Shown here: piece after piece, positions 1-9,920 of the stretch | How the letters are laid out: every line of letters starts with the position of its first letter | Numbering within the stretch: the stretch's first letter is position 1 | NCBI GenBank assembly: GCA_963699755.1 | Contig: CAVOVB010000008.1 | Span: 64,001 to 128,000, forward strand | DNA: 64,000 nt | Direction of reading: 5' to 3' | Source of the DNA: an uncultured delta proteobacterium | GTDB taxonomy: Bacteria; Myxococcota_A; Polyangia; Polyangiales; Houyiibacteriaceae | Notes under the pieces: generated by a model | The model's input: only the letters and a program-made list of their open reading frames with translations | Databases searched by the model: none | Told to the model about the DNA's origin: nothing | Position numbers and translations under genes: made by a program

Positions 1-231
1 GATGTATGCGCGCGCAACCTTGGCTTCGTACTCGCCGCCCACTCGCTCAGACCAGGCCGCCATTTGTCGGCAGGCTTCGAGCTCGGTAGCCAAGTATGCG
101 ACCCCATGGGCGGCGAGTTGGTTCGCGTTTAGCTTCTTGGCGCTGATTCGGCCACCTTCGGAGACGAGCGCTTTGACGTTGTCGTGCGCTCGCTGGTACA
201 CGCCCTCGATGGCTTCGATGACTTTCTCCAT
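1..231 (-). CDS. mcd: (2S)-methylsuccinyl-CoA dehydrogenase, N-terminal part (runs off the left edge)
   Basis: Not in the ORF track; read by hand as MEKVIEAIEGVYQRAHDNVKALVSEGGRISAKKLNANQLAAHGVAYLATELEACRQMAAWSER. This resembles the Mcd N-terminal QxAAHxxxxLATxxExxRQMxxW segment. AGGAG RBS upstream; directly downstream of ccr. Confidence 0.75.
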   Translation of the reverse strand, partial: MEKVIEAIEGVYQRAHDNVKALVSEGGRISAKKLNANQLAAHGVAYLATELEACRQMAAWSERVGGEYEAKVARAYI

Positions 232-240
232 GGCCTGCTC

Positions 241-1461
241 CTAACCGTTCGCGATCGCGGCGAGGGTTTCTTCGAGATTCTTGAGCCCCGGGCGGGGCGC
301 GCCGACCAAGCACGAGACGGTTCCGTGAAGCTTGTTCTCGTACATGAGTTGGTGTGCTTCCGGGATCTCCTCCCAGGTGAAGAGGCGCGTCATGACCGGC
401 TTGATCTTCCCTTGGATCATGAGACGGTTCGCGCGGCCTGCGGAATCAGCGTCCGCGAAGTGCGAGCCGATGATTCGCTTCTGCCGCATCCAGAGATGAC
501 GCACGTCGAAGTTGAGGTTGTAGCCGGTGGTTGCGCCGCAGATCACGATCCGCCCGTACTTCGCCGCCAGGAACACACTGGCGGGGAAGGTGGCCTTGCC
601 GACGTGCTCGAACACGACTTCAGGCCCCTTGCGCTCACCTAGTATCTCCCAGATGCGCTTGCCGAAGGCCTTGAGGTCGGTGCTGTGCGCCTTCTCTTGC
701 TCCGGCGTCATATTGTCCCTGTACTGAAGGGCAGGGAACTCCTTGCGATTGATGACGCCATGCGCTCCGAGCTGCATGCAGAGCTTCGCCTTGTCGTCGC
801 TCGACACGACCGCGATGGCCCGCGCGCCTGCGACTGCACAGAGCTGCACCGCAAAGACGCCGAGCCCGCCGCCGGCGCCCCAGATGAGCACGTCCTCTCC
901 GGGCTCGATCTTCGCGCGGTCGATCAGCATTCGGTGCGCCGTGTAATACGTGAGGCCGTAGCTCGCGGCCTCTTCCCAGCTGAGCTGCGGGGGCTTGGGA
1001 AGCACCTGCTGCCCCTGGACCTTGGTGAACTGTGCGAACGAGCCATCGGGGGTTTCGTAGCCCCAGATCCTCTGCAGGTCGTTGGTTCCGGGGTAGAGGA
1101 GGTGGTTGCAATGCAGCACCACCTCGTCGCCGACCTTGTGGTCGTCGACACCCGGTCCCACGGCCCAGACGACGCCGGACGCGTCGGAACCGGCGATATG
1201 GTAGCCCATGCCGTGGCCCTTGAGCACGTTGACCGGCTCGCCGAGCCCGGCCCAGATGCCGTTGAAGTTCACGCCGGCGGCCATGACCTGGACGAGAACC
1301 TCGCCGGGGCCGGGCTCCCAAACGGGCAGCTCTTCGTGTTTGAAGGATTGCTTGGGTTCCCCGAAACGCTCTGGACGAATCGCATACGCGTGCATTTTCT
1401 CAGGCACGGTACCTAGCTCTGGGATTTGGCCGACGGGTACGATCTTTGGACGTTCACTCAT
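241..1461 (-). CDS. ccr: Crotonyl-CoA carboxylase/reductase
   Basis: VMAAGVNFNGIWAGLGEP, HIAGSDASGVVW, QRIWGYETPDGSFAQF, GAGGGLG, LWMRQKRIIGSHFA motifs; in an operon with ecm. Confidence 0.93.
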   Translation of the reverse strand: MSERPKIVPVGQIPELGTVPEKMHAYAIRPERFGEPKQSFKHEELPVWEPGPGEVLVQVMAAGVNFNGIWAGLGEPVNVLKGHGMGYHIAGSDASGVVWAVGPGVDDHKVGDEVVLHCNHLLYPGTNDLQRIWGYETPDGSFAQFTKVQGQQVLPKPPQLSWEEAASYGLTYYTAHRMLIDRAKIEPGEDVLIWGAGGGLGVFAVQLCAVAGARAIAVVSSDDKAKLCMQLGAHGVINRKEFPALQYRDNMTPEQEKAHSTDLKAFGKRIWEILGERKGPEVVFEHVGKATFPASVFLAAKYGRIVICGATTGYNLNFDVRHLWMRQKRIIGSHFADADSAGRANRLMIQGKIKPVMTRLFTWEEIPEAHQLMYENKLHGTVSCLVGAPRPGLKNLEETLAAIANG

Positions 1462-1468
1462 GTCTTCC

Positions 1469-2476
1469 TCATGCAGTCTTGCCGAGCGCTGCTACATAGT
1501 CCCGGCTCAATTGTTCGCAAAGGCTCAATGGCGTTTCAGCTGCATCGAGCTCTCGTTCGGCGCGTGCTCTGAGCTGCCTCAGGCCACCTAGGGTCGAAAC
1601 CCCGTGCTCACCATGTTTGCGGCCGAAAAGGTCGAGGGTCCATTGGATGTCGCCGCGTCGACGTCGCGTCGCAAGCGTGGGGTCGACGTGCTTCCGGTGC
1701 TGCTCGAGCGCATCGATCAGCTCGTCGATCCCGGTCCCTTTGGTGGCGCTGGTCGCAACGATCGGGGTCTCCCAATCCGCGTCCTGCCCACCCGTGGCCC
1801 CCGCCGCATGGGCGGTTTGGAGGGCGCCCCGGAGATCGGCAACCGCGCGCCGGGCAAGCTCCTCCTGGTCCGCCTTATTCACGACCAAGATGTCCGGGAT
1901 TTCCATGATTCCGGCCTTCAAGAACTGAAGAACGTCGCCGCTTCCGGGCTGAATCACCAGCACGACGCTGTCTGCGACGTGGACGATGTCGATCTCGGAC
2001 TGGCCGACCCCCGTCGTCTCGATGATGACCATGTCATAGGCCGCGGCGAGGACGCGGACGGCCGAGTTGGCTGCGTAGGCCAGGCCACCCACTTCGCCCG
2101 CAGTCGCGAGCGAGCGCACGAAGAGCCCGGCATCACTCGGATCGAAGCTCATGCGGGCGCGATCGCCGAGCAGCGAGCCGCCCGAGCGCACGCTCGAGGG
2201 ATCCACGGCCACGACGCCTACGGTACGACCCCGCTGCCGAACGGCGCGCGCGAGCGCCGAGGTCAGCGTGCTCTTACCGACGCCGGGGGGACCGGTTAGC
2301 CCCACGCGATGCCCGGCGGCTGCTTTGGGAGCGTCTTTGAGCGCTGCCAAAAGCTCCGCGACGCGCGCATGCGACTCGGGCCGTCGATCTTCGACGAGGT
2401 TCAAGGCGCGGGAAACCGCAACCTTGTCTGAAGCCATCACGTGCTTCGCGTCCTGGGCTGGGTCACTCGGCGGCAT
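1469..2476 (-). CDS. meaB: MeaB/ArgK-family GTPase chaperone for B12-dependent mutases
   Basis: GLTGPPGVGKST P-loop, AVDPSSVRSGGSLLGDRARM, IIETTGVGQSE, LKAGIMEI, NKAD. Confidence 0.92.
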   Translation of the reverse strand: MPPSDPAQDAKHVMASDKVAVSRALNLVEDRRPESHARVAELLAALKDAPKAAAGHRVGLTGPPGVGKSTLTSALARAVRQRGRTVGVVAVDPSSVRSGGSLLGDRARMSFDPSDAGLFVRSLATAGEVGGLAYAANSAVRVLAAAYDMVIIETTGVGQSEIDIVHVADSVVLVIQPGSGDVLQFLKAGIMEIPDILVVNKADQEELARRAVADLRGALQTAHAAGATGGQDADWETPIVATSATKGTGIDELIDALEQHRKHVDPTLATRRRRGDIQWTLDLFGRKHGEHGVSTLGGLRQLRARAERELDAAETPLSLCEQLSRDYVAALGKTA

Positions 2477-4469
2477 GCTGGCGGTCCACCAGGTCGATCA
2501 AGTCGCTCATGATGTTGTCGAGCTCGAAGTCCTTCGGGGTGTAGACCGCCGCAACCCCTTCGGCGCGCAGCCGCTCGGCGTCGGCCTCCGGAATGATGCC
2601 ACCGGCGACCACGGGCACGTCACCAAGGCCGGCGTCGCGAAGGCGTCGCAGGACCTCGGGGACCAGCGCGAGATGGGAGCCGCTCAGGATACTGAGACCG
2701 ATCAGATGTACTCCCTCCTCGAGTGCAGAGGCCACGATTTGCGCCGGCGAGACGCGAATCCCCTCGTAGACGACGTCGAAGCCGACGTCGCGCGCCTTGA
2801 TGGCGATTTGCTCCGCGCCGTTCGAATGCCCATCGAGACCCGGCTTACCCACCAAGAGCTTGGCCCGGCGTCCCATCCGTGTCTCGAGCGCGTCGAGTCT
2901 CTTGCGAAGGCGGTCGATGGTTTCGGCGGCGGCTCCGGAACGGGCGGACTTCACGGTGGCGCCAGCGACACCGGTTGGTGCACGGTACTCTCCCCAGACC
3001 TGGCGAAGCGTGTTGGCCCATTCGCCAGTCGTCACGCCAGCATGAGCAGCGGCGATCGATGCGGCCATCATGTTCTCGTCTGTCTTTGCAACACGTTCAA
3101 TCTCCGCGAGTGCAGCGTCGACTGCCGCGTTGTCGCGTTCTTCCTTCCAGCGTTCGAGCGCGGCGCGTTGGCGGGCGTCCACCGCGGGGTCGACCGTCAG
3201 GATCGCATCATCGAGATTCTCGGTCAGTGGGGAGGGCGCGCTTTCGACGTACTTGTTGACGCCCACGACGATCTGTTCGCCGGCCTCGATCGCCCGCAGC
3301 CGCGCGGCATTCGATTCGACGAGCTTCTGTTTGATGTAGCCGCTCTCGACCGCTTCGACCGCACCGCCTCGCTTCAGCACCTCTTGCACCTCAGCCCAAG
3401 CCGAGTCGACCAGCTGCTGCGTCCGTCCTTCGACTACTTCACTGCCCTCGAAGAGATCGGCGTACTCGAGGAGGTCGGTTTCGTAGGCGAGGATTTGCTG
3501 CGCCCTGAGAGACCACTGTTGGTCCCAGGGCCGCGGAAGGCCGAGCGCCTCGTTCCAGGCAGGTAGTTGAACCGCGCGAGCGCGCGCGTCTTTACTGAGC
3601 GTCACCGCTAACATTTCGAGGACGATCCGGATGACGTTGTTCTCCGGTTGCTGCTCGGTCAGGCCCAGAGAATTGACCTGAACGCCGTAGCGGAACCGCC
3701 GCTCCTTCTCATCGCTGACGCCGTAGCGCTCACGCGTGACCCTGTCCCAGAGCTCTACGAACGCGCGCATCTTGCAGAGCTCTTCGACGAACCGAATGCC
3801 CGCGTTGACGAAGAAGCTCATGCGGCCGACGACCTTGCCGAACTCGCGCTCTGGTACGCGTCCCGTTGCTTTCACCGCGTCGAGGACGCCGATCGCGGTG
3901 ACCAAGGCATAGGCAAGCTCCTGCGTAGGCGTCGCGCCAGCTTCCTGCAAGTGGTAGCTGCAGATGTTGATAGGGTTCCACTTGGGAACCTCAATGACGG
4001 TGTAGGTGATCAGATCGGTGATCAAGCGCATCGAGGCCGCGGGCGGAAAGATGTACGTGCCGCGCGAGAGGTACTCCTTGATGATGTCGTTTTGCGTCGT
4101 TCCGCGAAGGACGTGGTGGTCGACGCCCTGGTCTTCAGCTGTCGCGATGTACAGGGACAACAACCAGACGGCGGTCGCGTTGATCGTCATCGACGTGTTC
4201 ATCTGGTCGAGCGGCAGCCCTTTGAAAAGGGCGCGCATGTCGCCGATGTGCGATATCGGGACACCCACCTTGCCGACCTCGCCCCGGGCGAGCGGATCGT
4301 CGGCGTCGTAGCCGGTCTGCGTGGGCAGATCGAACGCCACGCTGAGCCCGGTCTGACCCTTCGCGAGGTTGGTTCGATATAGCTCGTTTGATGCCGCTGC
4401 CGTGCTGTGGCCCGAGTAGGTCCGCATGATCCACGGTTTGTCGCGCTCCCGCTTCCCGTACTCCGCCAT
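2463..4469 (-). CDS. ecm: Ethylmalonyl-CoA mutase (MeaA/Ecm), cobalamin dependent
   Basis: [45 protein letters not shown]-terminal B12-binding [16 protein letters not shown] and GLSILSGSH. Confidence 0.92.
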   Translation of the reverse strand: MAEYGKRERDKPWIMRTYSGHSTAAASNELYRTNLAKGQTGLSVAFDLPTQTGYDADDPLARGEVGKVGVPISHIGDMRALFKGLPLDQMNTSMTINATAVWLLSLYIATAEDQGVDHHVLRGTTQNDIIKEYLSRGTYIFPPAASMRLITDLITYTVIEVPKWNPINICSYHLQEAGATPTQELAYALVTAIGVLDAVKATGRVPEREFGKVVGRMSFFVNAGIRFVEELCKMRAFVELWDRVTRERYGVSDEKERRFRYGVQVNSLGLTEQQPENNVIRIVLEMLAVTLSKDARARAVQLPAWNEALGLPRPWDQQWSLRAQQILAYETDLLEYADLFEGSEVVEGRTQQLVDSAWAEVQEVLKRGGAVEAVESGYIKQKLVESNAARLRAIEAGEQIVVGVNKYVESAPSPLTENLDDAILTVDPAVDARQRAALERWKEERDNAAVDAALAEIERVAKTDENMMAASIAAAHAGVTTGEWANTLRQVWGEYRAPTGVAGATVKSARSGAAAETIDRLRKRLDALETRMGRRAKLLVGKPGLDGHSNGAEQIAIKARDVGFDVVYEGIRVSPAQIVASALEEGVHLIGLSILSGSHLALVPEVLRRLRDAGLGDVPVVAGGIIPEADAERLRAEGVAAVYTPKDFELDNIMSDLIDLVDRQHAAE

Positions 4470-4703
4470 TGGCCGGTCCTTTCCTCTGCGATTCGCCCGA
4501 GGGGCGCAGAAGCCTACCTCGTTTTGGCTTTGATTGCGTTCTCAACCCTAGCGACCGTTGCGGTGCCCTTTACAGCTTCACACGATCGAGCCTGATGTTT
4601 TTCGATTATCATACGTCCTGCAGGGGTCAAGCGGCCCTCGGGCCCACGCTTTCGCGGTTTCTTGCCTCTGGTGGAACTTGTAAATTTGCGGTAAACCGCT
4701 CCG

Positions 4704-6209
4704 ATGGCCGAGACGAATGCGGCAATGGGGCAGCGTCTGCGGGAGCTCAGGCTCCGCCGAGGCCTGCAACAGAGCGAGGTTGCACGTCGCCTCAAGATCT
4801 CACCGGCCTACTTGAGCCTGATCGAGAAGGGCAAGCGCGTCGTTCAGCTGCCGCTGCTCTTCCAGGCGCTCGAGCTCTACGGCATAGCGGTCGAAGACTT
4901 CATGTCGAGCCTCGGGGAGCGCCGAGTCGACGACGGCCTCGCGCGCCTCCTCGACGATCCTCTCCTTCGCTCGCTCAATTTGAGCGAAGAGGACCTAGCC
5001 AGCATCAGCGCCGAGCCGCGGATGGTGACTACCATCGCCGCGCTCTTCAATCTCTACAAGAACACGCGCAGCCAGCTCGACCACGTGATGGCGAGTCTCG
5101 CGCAGCGCGAGCAGCAGGTCGATGATGGTGCCGCTCGCTTCGACTACAATCCGTACGACGAGGTCACCGACTTTCTCGAGCAGAATGACAACTGGTTTGA
5201 GCAGCTGGAGGAGCGGGCACAGCGGTTTCGGCGTGATTGTGCTTTCGGCCGCCGTGTGACGAGCGACGATCTGGAGCGGGGACTCCTCGATCGGGTCGGC
5301 GTGCGGGTGCATCGCATCCCCGAGCGGACCGACAGCTCCGTCATCCGGACTTGGAACCCCGAAGAGCGCGTCCTCACGGTCTCCAACGATCTCTTCGAGC
5401 AGCGTCTCAAGTTCCAGCTAGCGCACACGATTGCGCTCGGGCTATTCGATGAGGAGAAGCTACACAAGCCCATCCTAGAGGGGTACCGCGGCCAGCATGG
5501 CGAAACGCGGAAGCTCATCAAGATCCACCTCGCAAACTACTTTGCAGGCGCGCTCTTGCTCCCCTATCCAGAGTTCTATCGGGATGTGATGACCACCCGG
5601 TACGACGTCGAGCTACTCGCGCAGCTCTTCGAATCGTCCTATGAAACGGTTGCGCACCGGATGTGCAATCTGGCCGACCCACGTCGCCGCGGAGTGCCTA
5701 TGCACTTTCTGCGGGTCGATGTCGCTGGCAACATCTCCAAGCGCTATTCGGGAGACGGCATTCGCTTCCCGCACCAGGGCGGCTCATGCCCGAAAATGGC
5801 GGTGCATTTGGCGTTTCTGACGCCGAGCGTGATAGGCAAGCAGTACTCGGCGTTTCCCGACGGATCGACCTATTTCTGCTTCGCGAAGGTCGTCAGTGAG
5901 CCGCAGCAGGGCTCGCTCGTGAAGGGGACGACGTACAGCATCGGCCTCGGCACCCATGCGGACAACGCGAAGCACTTTGCGTATGCCGATGACCTGCCGT
6001 TTGCCGACCCCAAGAAAATGGCGGTACCCGTTGGAACGACCTGCCGGTTCTGCGAGCGTACCGATTGCAACATGCGTTCGGCGCCGAGCTACAAATTCGC
6101 GTTCCGCGTCGACGAGCACATCAAGAAAGACAACTTCTTCTCGCCGCTGGTGCGCGGAGATGCCGGCGCGGACCCGGAAAAGCCGGCTCGCCGCAAGCTG
6201 ACGGCATGA
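4704..6209 (+). CDS. ScfR/RamB/PrpR-family XRE transcriptional regulator (short-chain acyl-CoA regulator)
   Basis: N-terminal XRE HTH (LQQSEVARRLKISPAYLSLIEKGKR), FQLAH...LANYFAGALLLP, ETVAHR, RVDVAGNISKR, C-terminal CRFCERTDC cysteine cluster. Confidence 0.9.
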   Translation: MAETNAAMGQRLRELRLRRGLQQSEVARRLKISPAYLSLIEKGKRVVQLPLLFQALELYGIAVEDFMSSLGERRVDDGLARLLDDPLLRSLNLSEEDLASISAEPRMVTTIAALFNLYKNTRSQLDHVMASLAQREQQVDDGAARFDYNPYDEVTDFLEQNDNWFEQLEERAQRFRRDCAFGRRVTSDDLERGLLDRVGVRVHRIPERTDSSVIRTWNPEERVLTVSNDLFEQRLKFQLAHTIALGLFDEEKLHKPILEGYRGQHGETRKLIKIHLANYFAGALLLPYPEFYRDVMTTRYDVELLAQLFESSYETVAHRMCNLADPRRRGVPMHFLRVDVAGNISKRYSGDGIRFPHQGGSCPKMAVHLAFLTPSVIGKQYSAFPDGSTYFCFAKVVSEPQQGSLVKGTTYSIGLGTHADNAKHFAYADDLPFADPKKMAVPVGTTCRFCERTDCNMRSAPSYKFAFRVDEHIKKDNFFSPLVRGDAGADPEKPARRKLTA

Positions 6210-6233
6210 TATGTTTCCGCATCGGAGGTGAGA

Positions 6234-6719
6234 ATGCCGTCGTTCGACGTAGTTTCCAAGATCGATCAACATGAGGTCGACAACGCGCGCAACCAGGCGA
6301 GCAAAGAGATCGGTCAGCGATACGACTTCAAGGGCACCGAGAGCTCGGTCGAACAAACCGAGGAAGGGATCGTGATTCGGGCAAATAGCGAAGGCCGGCT
6401 CGATGCGGCTCGCGATGTGCTCGAAAGCAAGCTGGTTCGCCGGCAAGTGTCTCTGAAGTCGCTCGATCCGCAGCAGCCACAACAGGCGGGCGGCCAGATG
6501 TGGCGGCAACTCATCAAGTTGAAGGAGGGCGTCTCCAAGGAGAAGGCCAAGGAAATCGTCAAGGCCATCAAGGACAGCAAGCTCAAAGTCCAGGCCTCGA
6601 TTCAGGGCGACGCCGTACGGGTCTCGGGCAAGAACCGCGATGATTTGCAGTCGACGATCGCGTTCCTCAAGGAGCAGGACTTCGACCTGCCGCTTCAATA
6701 TGTGAACTTCCGAGACTGA
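6234..6719 (+). CDS. yajQ: YajQ-family nucleotide/c-di-GMP-binding protein
   Basis: MPSFDVVS...RYDFKG...KLKVQASIQGDAVRVSGKNRDDLQ...LQYVNFRD; GGAGG RBS. Confidence 0.95.
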   Translation: MPSFDVVSKIDQHEVDNARNQASKEIGQRYDFKGTESSVEQTEEGIVIRANSEGRLDAARDVLESKLVRRQVSLKSLDPQQPQQAGGQMWRQLIKLKEGVSKEKAKEIVKAIKDSKLKVQASIQGDAVRVSGKNRDDLQSTIAFLKEQDFDLPLQYVNFRD

Positions 6720-6730
6720 GGCGAAGCGCT

Positions 6731-7594
6731 TTGATCGAGACGAAAAGGGAGCTCCGCGTCGGCTACCAGGGCAGTGAAGGGGCCTACAGCCAGCTCGCAG
6801 CCACTCAGCACTTCAAGGCCGCGGCCCCGTCGCTTCGCTGCATCGGCTACCACAGCTTTCGCGAAATGCTCGAGGCACTGAAGGCCAGGGAAGTCGACTA
6901 CGCGGTGCTTCCGATCGAGAACTCGATCGCGGGCTCCATCAACGAGAGCTACGACCTGCTCGCGACGATGGGGCTCTCGCTGGTCGGTGAGGAGTTTCAG
7001 CCCATCGCGCACTGCCTCATCGGCGCTGCGGACGTCGCCGTGGCCGACATCCGCCGCGTGTATTCCCACCCCGTTGCATTGGCGCAGTGCGGCGAGTTTT
7101 TGGCGACACTAGAGGACTGTCACGTCGAAGCCTTCACCGACACGGCCATGTCGGTCGAGAAGGTGAAGAAGGATGCCGACCCGACGCAGGCGGCGATCGC
7201 GAGCAAAGAAGCTGCCGCGCTGCACGGCCTGCCGATCCTCCGACGGGACATCGCCGACCACCCGGAGAACTACACGCGTATGGTCATCGTCGCGTTGGAG
7301 CCAGCGCACTACGACGGGACGGTTCCGTGCAAGACCTCTTTGGTCTTTTCGACGGTCCACGAGCAGGGCGCGCTCGCCCGCTGCATCGCGATCTTTGCCG
7401 AGTACGGCCTAAACCTCACCAAGATCGAATCGCGACCCAAACCCGACACGCCGTTCGAATACATCTTTTACCTCGATTTCGAGGGCAACGTCGATCTCGA
7501 GACGACCCGGGCGGCCCTCCGTGATCTCGGAAAGGTCACCACCTTTCTGACCGTTCTCGGTTCGTATCCGATTGGTCGCGCGGGCGTCAGCTAG
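6731..7594 (+). CDS. pheA: Prephenate dehydratase (PDT + ACT, no chorismate mutase domain)
   Basis: YQGSEGAYSQLAA, VLPIENSIAGSI, YSHPVALAQC, NYTR, NLTKIESRP. Confidence 0.92.
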   Translation: MIETKRELRVGYQGSEGAYSQLAATQHFKAAAPSLRCIGYHSFREMLEALKAREVDYAVLPIENSIAGSINESYDLLATMGLSLVGEEFQPIAHCLIGAADVAVADIRRVYSHPVALAQCGEFLATLEDCHVEAFTDTAMSVEKVKKDADPTQAAIASKEAAALHGLPILRRDIADHPENYTRMVIVALEPAHYDGTVPCKTSLVFSTVHEQGALARCIAIFAEYGLNLTKIESRPKPDTPFEYIFYLDFEGNVDLETTRAALRDLGKVTTFLTVLGSYPIGRAGVS

Positions 7595-9908
7595 CGAGCG
7601 CTGCTGCGACGTCCGAGATTCGGTCCGCATCGGTGTTCAAACCGGCGGCGAGGCAGGTCGCAGCAACCATCTTCAACGCGGCGGCCTCCCCCGGGCCGTC
7701 TTCTTGGGCCCGCGCGAGAGCTAGCGCTTCGAGCGAGTCGATCATCGCATCGTGCCGACGCCCCCGCGCGAGCTGCACACAGGCCGAAGCGATCGAGATT
7801 CGAATTGCAGCGCCGGGTTTTCGACGAGGGCTCTTCCGCGCCGCCGCGAGCGCCTGCTTCGCTGACTTGACGTCCTCGCGGCTGAGATAGGAGACAACGC
7901 GCAGGCAATGCGCCCCCGTGAGGTCTCCGCCTGCGGCGATCGAGGACTCTATCAAGACGTCGAACCTCTCGTGGTCGCGCTCCTTGAGAGCATCGATGAT
8001 CGCCCCCACGCCGTCTTCGAGGGCCGCTTCTGGAACCGGAATCGTGGGTCGTTCATCGTATTCGTCAGCCGGCTGCCCGCTCGGGAGTCGAACTGCCTTA
8101 CTGATTTCCGAGGCCGCAGAGCGCGTCTCCCCGTTGGGCTGGTATTGAACCGCGGCGGCAGCCAGTCGCACTGCCGAGGCGGTGTAACCCAGGTCCGCCG
8201 CAAGCGATCCCGCCTCGAGAATGGCGTGTGCACCGCGCTCGAGGTCACCGCCCTCGCAGAGGTAGGCGCCGACTGTTGCAGCCATCGAAGGGCCGAGCAG
8301 AGGTTCCGCCGTGTGGAGAGCTTCGGCGACGAGGCGGTAGACTTCACCTCGGCGCGCCGGCGGCATGCGTTGAACGACCGCCCTGCGAAGGAGCTCCGAG
8401 CTCGGCTTGCCCTGGGGGGTCAGGAGGCTGTCCTTGACGAGTGCTTCGAGGCAGCGGCGTCGCGTGTCGCGGGGGATACCGTCCAGACCGACCGCTGCGT
8501 CGATCACTTTCCCAGAGGAAGCAGGGAGCGCGGCGCATGCGACTTCGAGGTAACGCATGGATGAGGTGTCGAGCGTCGCGAATCGTTCTTCGAGCAGGGC
8601 ACGCGGACCCAGATACTGACGCCGGTCGGAGGCCTCTTCGCGCCAGACGAAGCCATGGTCGTCATGAATCAGGTCGCCAGTGGCGACCATGGTGCGGGCC
8701 GCCTCCGCGATGCCGAGCACTGTCGTGCCGCCCGTGATGACGAGCTGCTTGGCGATTTCCATATCTGCGTTCGGGCCGAGAACTCCCGCGGCAATGAGCA
8801 GGGCTTCGCTAGGATCGATCGTGGGCATCTCGATGCGGACGGCCCCTCGTAGGGAGCGGAGCCCAGCTGGCACAGTCGAATCGGTCGTGCGGATGCAGAG
8901 CAATGCCGCCACTGTCTCATCGGACAAGGCCGCGCCCAGAACCCAGAGCGTAGCGGGATCGAGTGCTGAGATGCGGTCTATGTAGATCCACGCAATGCCA
9001 TGTTCCGTCCGAAGAGCTCCTAGCAAGACTTTGAGTGCGTGAATCGCCGCTTCCCGACGAGGTGGGTTCGCACAGGCAATCGCCTTGATCGCATCCGCCA
9101 CGCCGGGTTCAGTCTTCTTCAGCGCCTGCCGCGTGGGTTCGAGCGTCCGCCAAGCCTTCAGGAGCGCGAGACGAAGTCCACCAAGCGGCTCGAGCCCGCC
9201 GGGCACTGCCCCTATTTCGAGGAATATCGGCGGACGAAGCTCGTCGCGTAGCGCGAAGATTCCGTCGCGCGCGCCGATCCCGAGCGGGCCCTTCAGGTAG
9301 AAGGCGCCTGTCTCCGTTCCCGCAGCGGCCTTCTTGATCGGCTCGAGGGCATGCCGAATGCTCGATGGAACGGGAGGGGGCTGGAGCAGTGCGACCGCTT
9401 GTCGGCACCGTTCGAGAAGCGGCCGACTTCTGTCGATCGCTTCGCCGTGCAGCGCAAACGAGCTCGTGGATACCGAGCGTCCGAACAGGTACGTCCTCGA
9501 CGCGGCCTCGCGTGACTCGACGTCCAGAACCACTTCCCCCGCGCGGGCTTGATTGGCCAAGAGCTGCGCCCTGTCGATCGCGCTTCCGCTGCCGGTGAGC
9601 TCGCCGCTCTGGTCTTTGGAGCGTTGGATCGCGCCTGTCGCGAGGCCGAACGCGATCGGGAGCCCGCCCGCGGGCACGGGCTGTGACTCGGCTTCTGCGA
9701 GCAAGCGCAACGCCAAGTTGATCGCGGACTTGAGCTCGTGAAGCCCGAAGCTCGCGACGACCGTGCCGCCCAGGGAGGACATCACCTCGGCGCCACTGTT
9801 TTTCACTTCGTTGGTGACGTATCGTGCCCACTGACCGGCGGCCGCTGTCGTCTCCTCCTCGTCGAAGGCAGGCGGAAGAATTCTGTGCCAGAGGACGAAA
9901 CGTTCCAT
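7587..9908 (-). CDS. Hypothetical protein: degenerate class III nucleotide-cyclase-like domain + degenerate STAND/AAA ATPase + helical/TPR-like C-terminus
   Basis: LGGTVVASFG...IAFGLATG...GSAIDRAQLLANQARAGEVVL follows the cyclase fold pattern; GPLGIGAR, IYIDRISALDPATL and TGGTTVLG correspond to STAND motifs. Confidence 0.6.
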   Translation of the reverse strand: MERFVLWHRILPPAFDEEETTAAAGQWARYVTNEVKNSGAEVMSSLGGTVVASFGLHELKSAINLALRLLAEAESQPVPAGGLPIAFGLATGAIQRSKDQSGELTGSGSAIDRAQLLANQARAGEVVLDVESREAASRTYLFGRSVSTSSFALHGEAIDRSRPLLERCRQAVALLQPPPVPSSIRHALEPIKKAAAGTETGAFYLKGPLGIGARDGIFALRDELRPPIFLEIGAVPGGLEPLGGLRLALLKAWRTLEPTRQALKKTEPGVADAIKAIACANPPRREAAIHALKVLLGALRTEHGIAWIYIDRISALDPATLWVLGAALSDETVAALLCIRTTDSTVPAGLRSLRGAVRIEMPTIDPSEALLIAAGVLGPNADMEIAKQLVITGGTTVLGIAEAARTMVATGDLIHDDHGFVWREEASDRRQYLGPRALLEERFATLDTSSMRYLEVACAALPASSGKVIDAAVGLDGIPRDTRRRCLEALVKDSLLTPQGKPSSELLRRAVVQRMPPARRGEVYRLVAEALHTAEPLLGPSMAATVGAYLCEGGDLERGAHAILEAGSLAADLGYTASAVRLAAAAVQYQPNGETRSAASEISKAVRLPSGQPADEYDERPTIPVPEAALEDGVGAIIDALKERDHERFDVLIESSIAAGGDLTGAHCLRVVSYLSREDVKSAKQALAAARKSPRRKPGAAIRISIASACVQLARGRRHDAMIDSLEALALARAQEDGPGEAAALKMVAATCLAAGLNTDADRISDVAAALAS

Positions 9909-9920
9909 CGTGATGTACGG

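Noticed and set aside
241..1461. ccr as part of a polyketide biosynthetic cluster
   Set aside because: No PKS genes in the window; flanked by ecm, meaB and mcd, which indicates primary metabolism
2151..3566. 471-aa plus-strand ORF, and similar long ORFs such as 18838-20055, 12887-13966, 20473-21465 and 47718-48674
   Set aside because: Antisense shadows of well-supported genes, typical of high-GC DNA; no recognisable motifs
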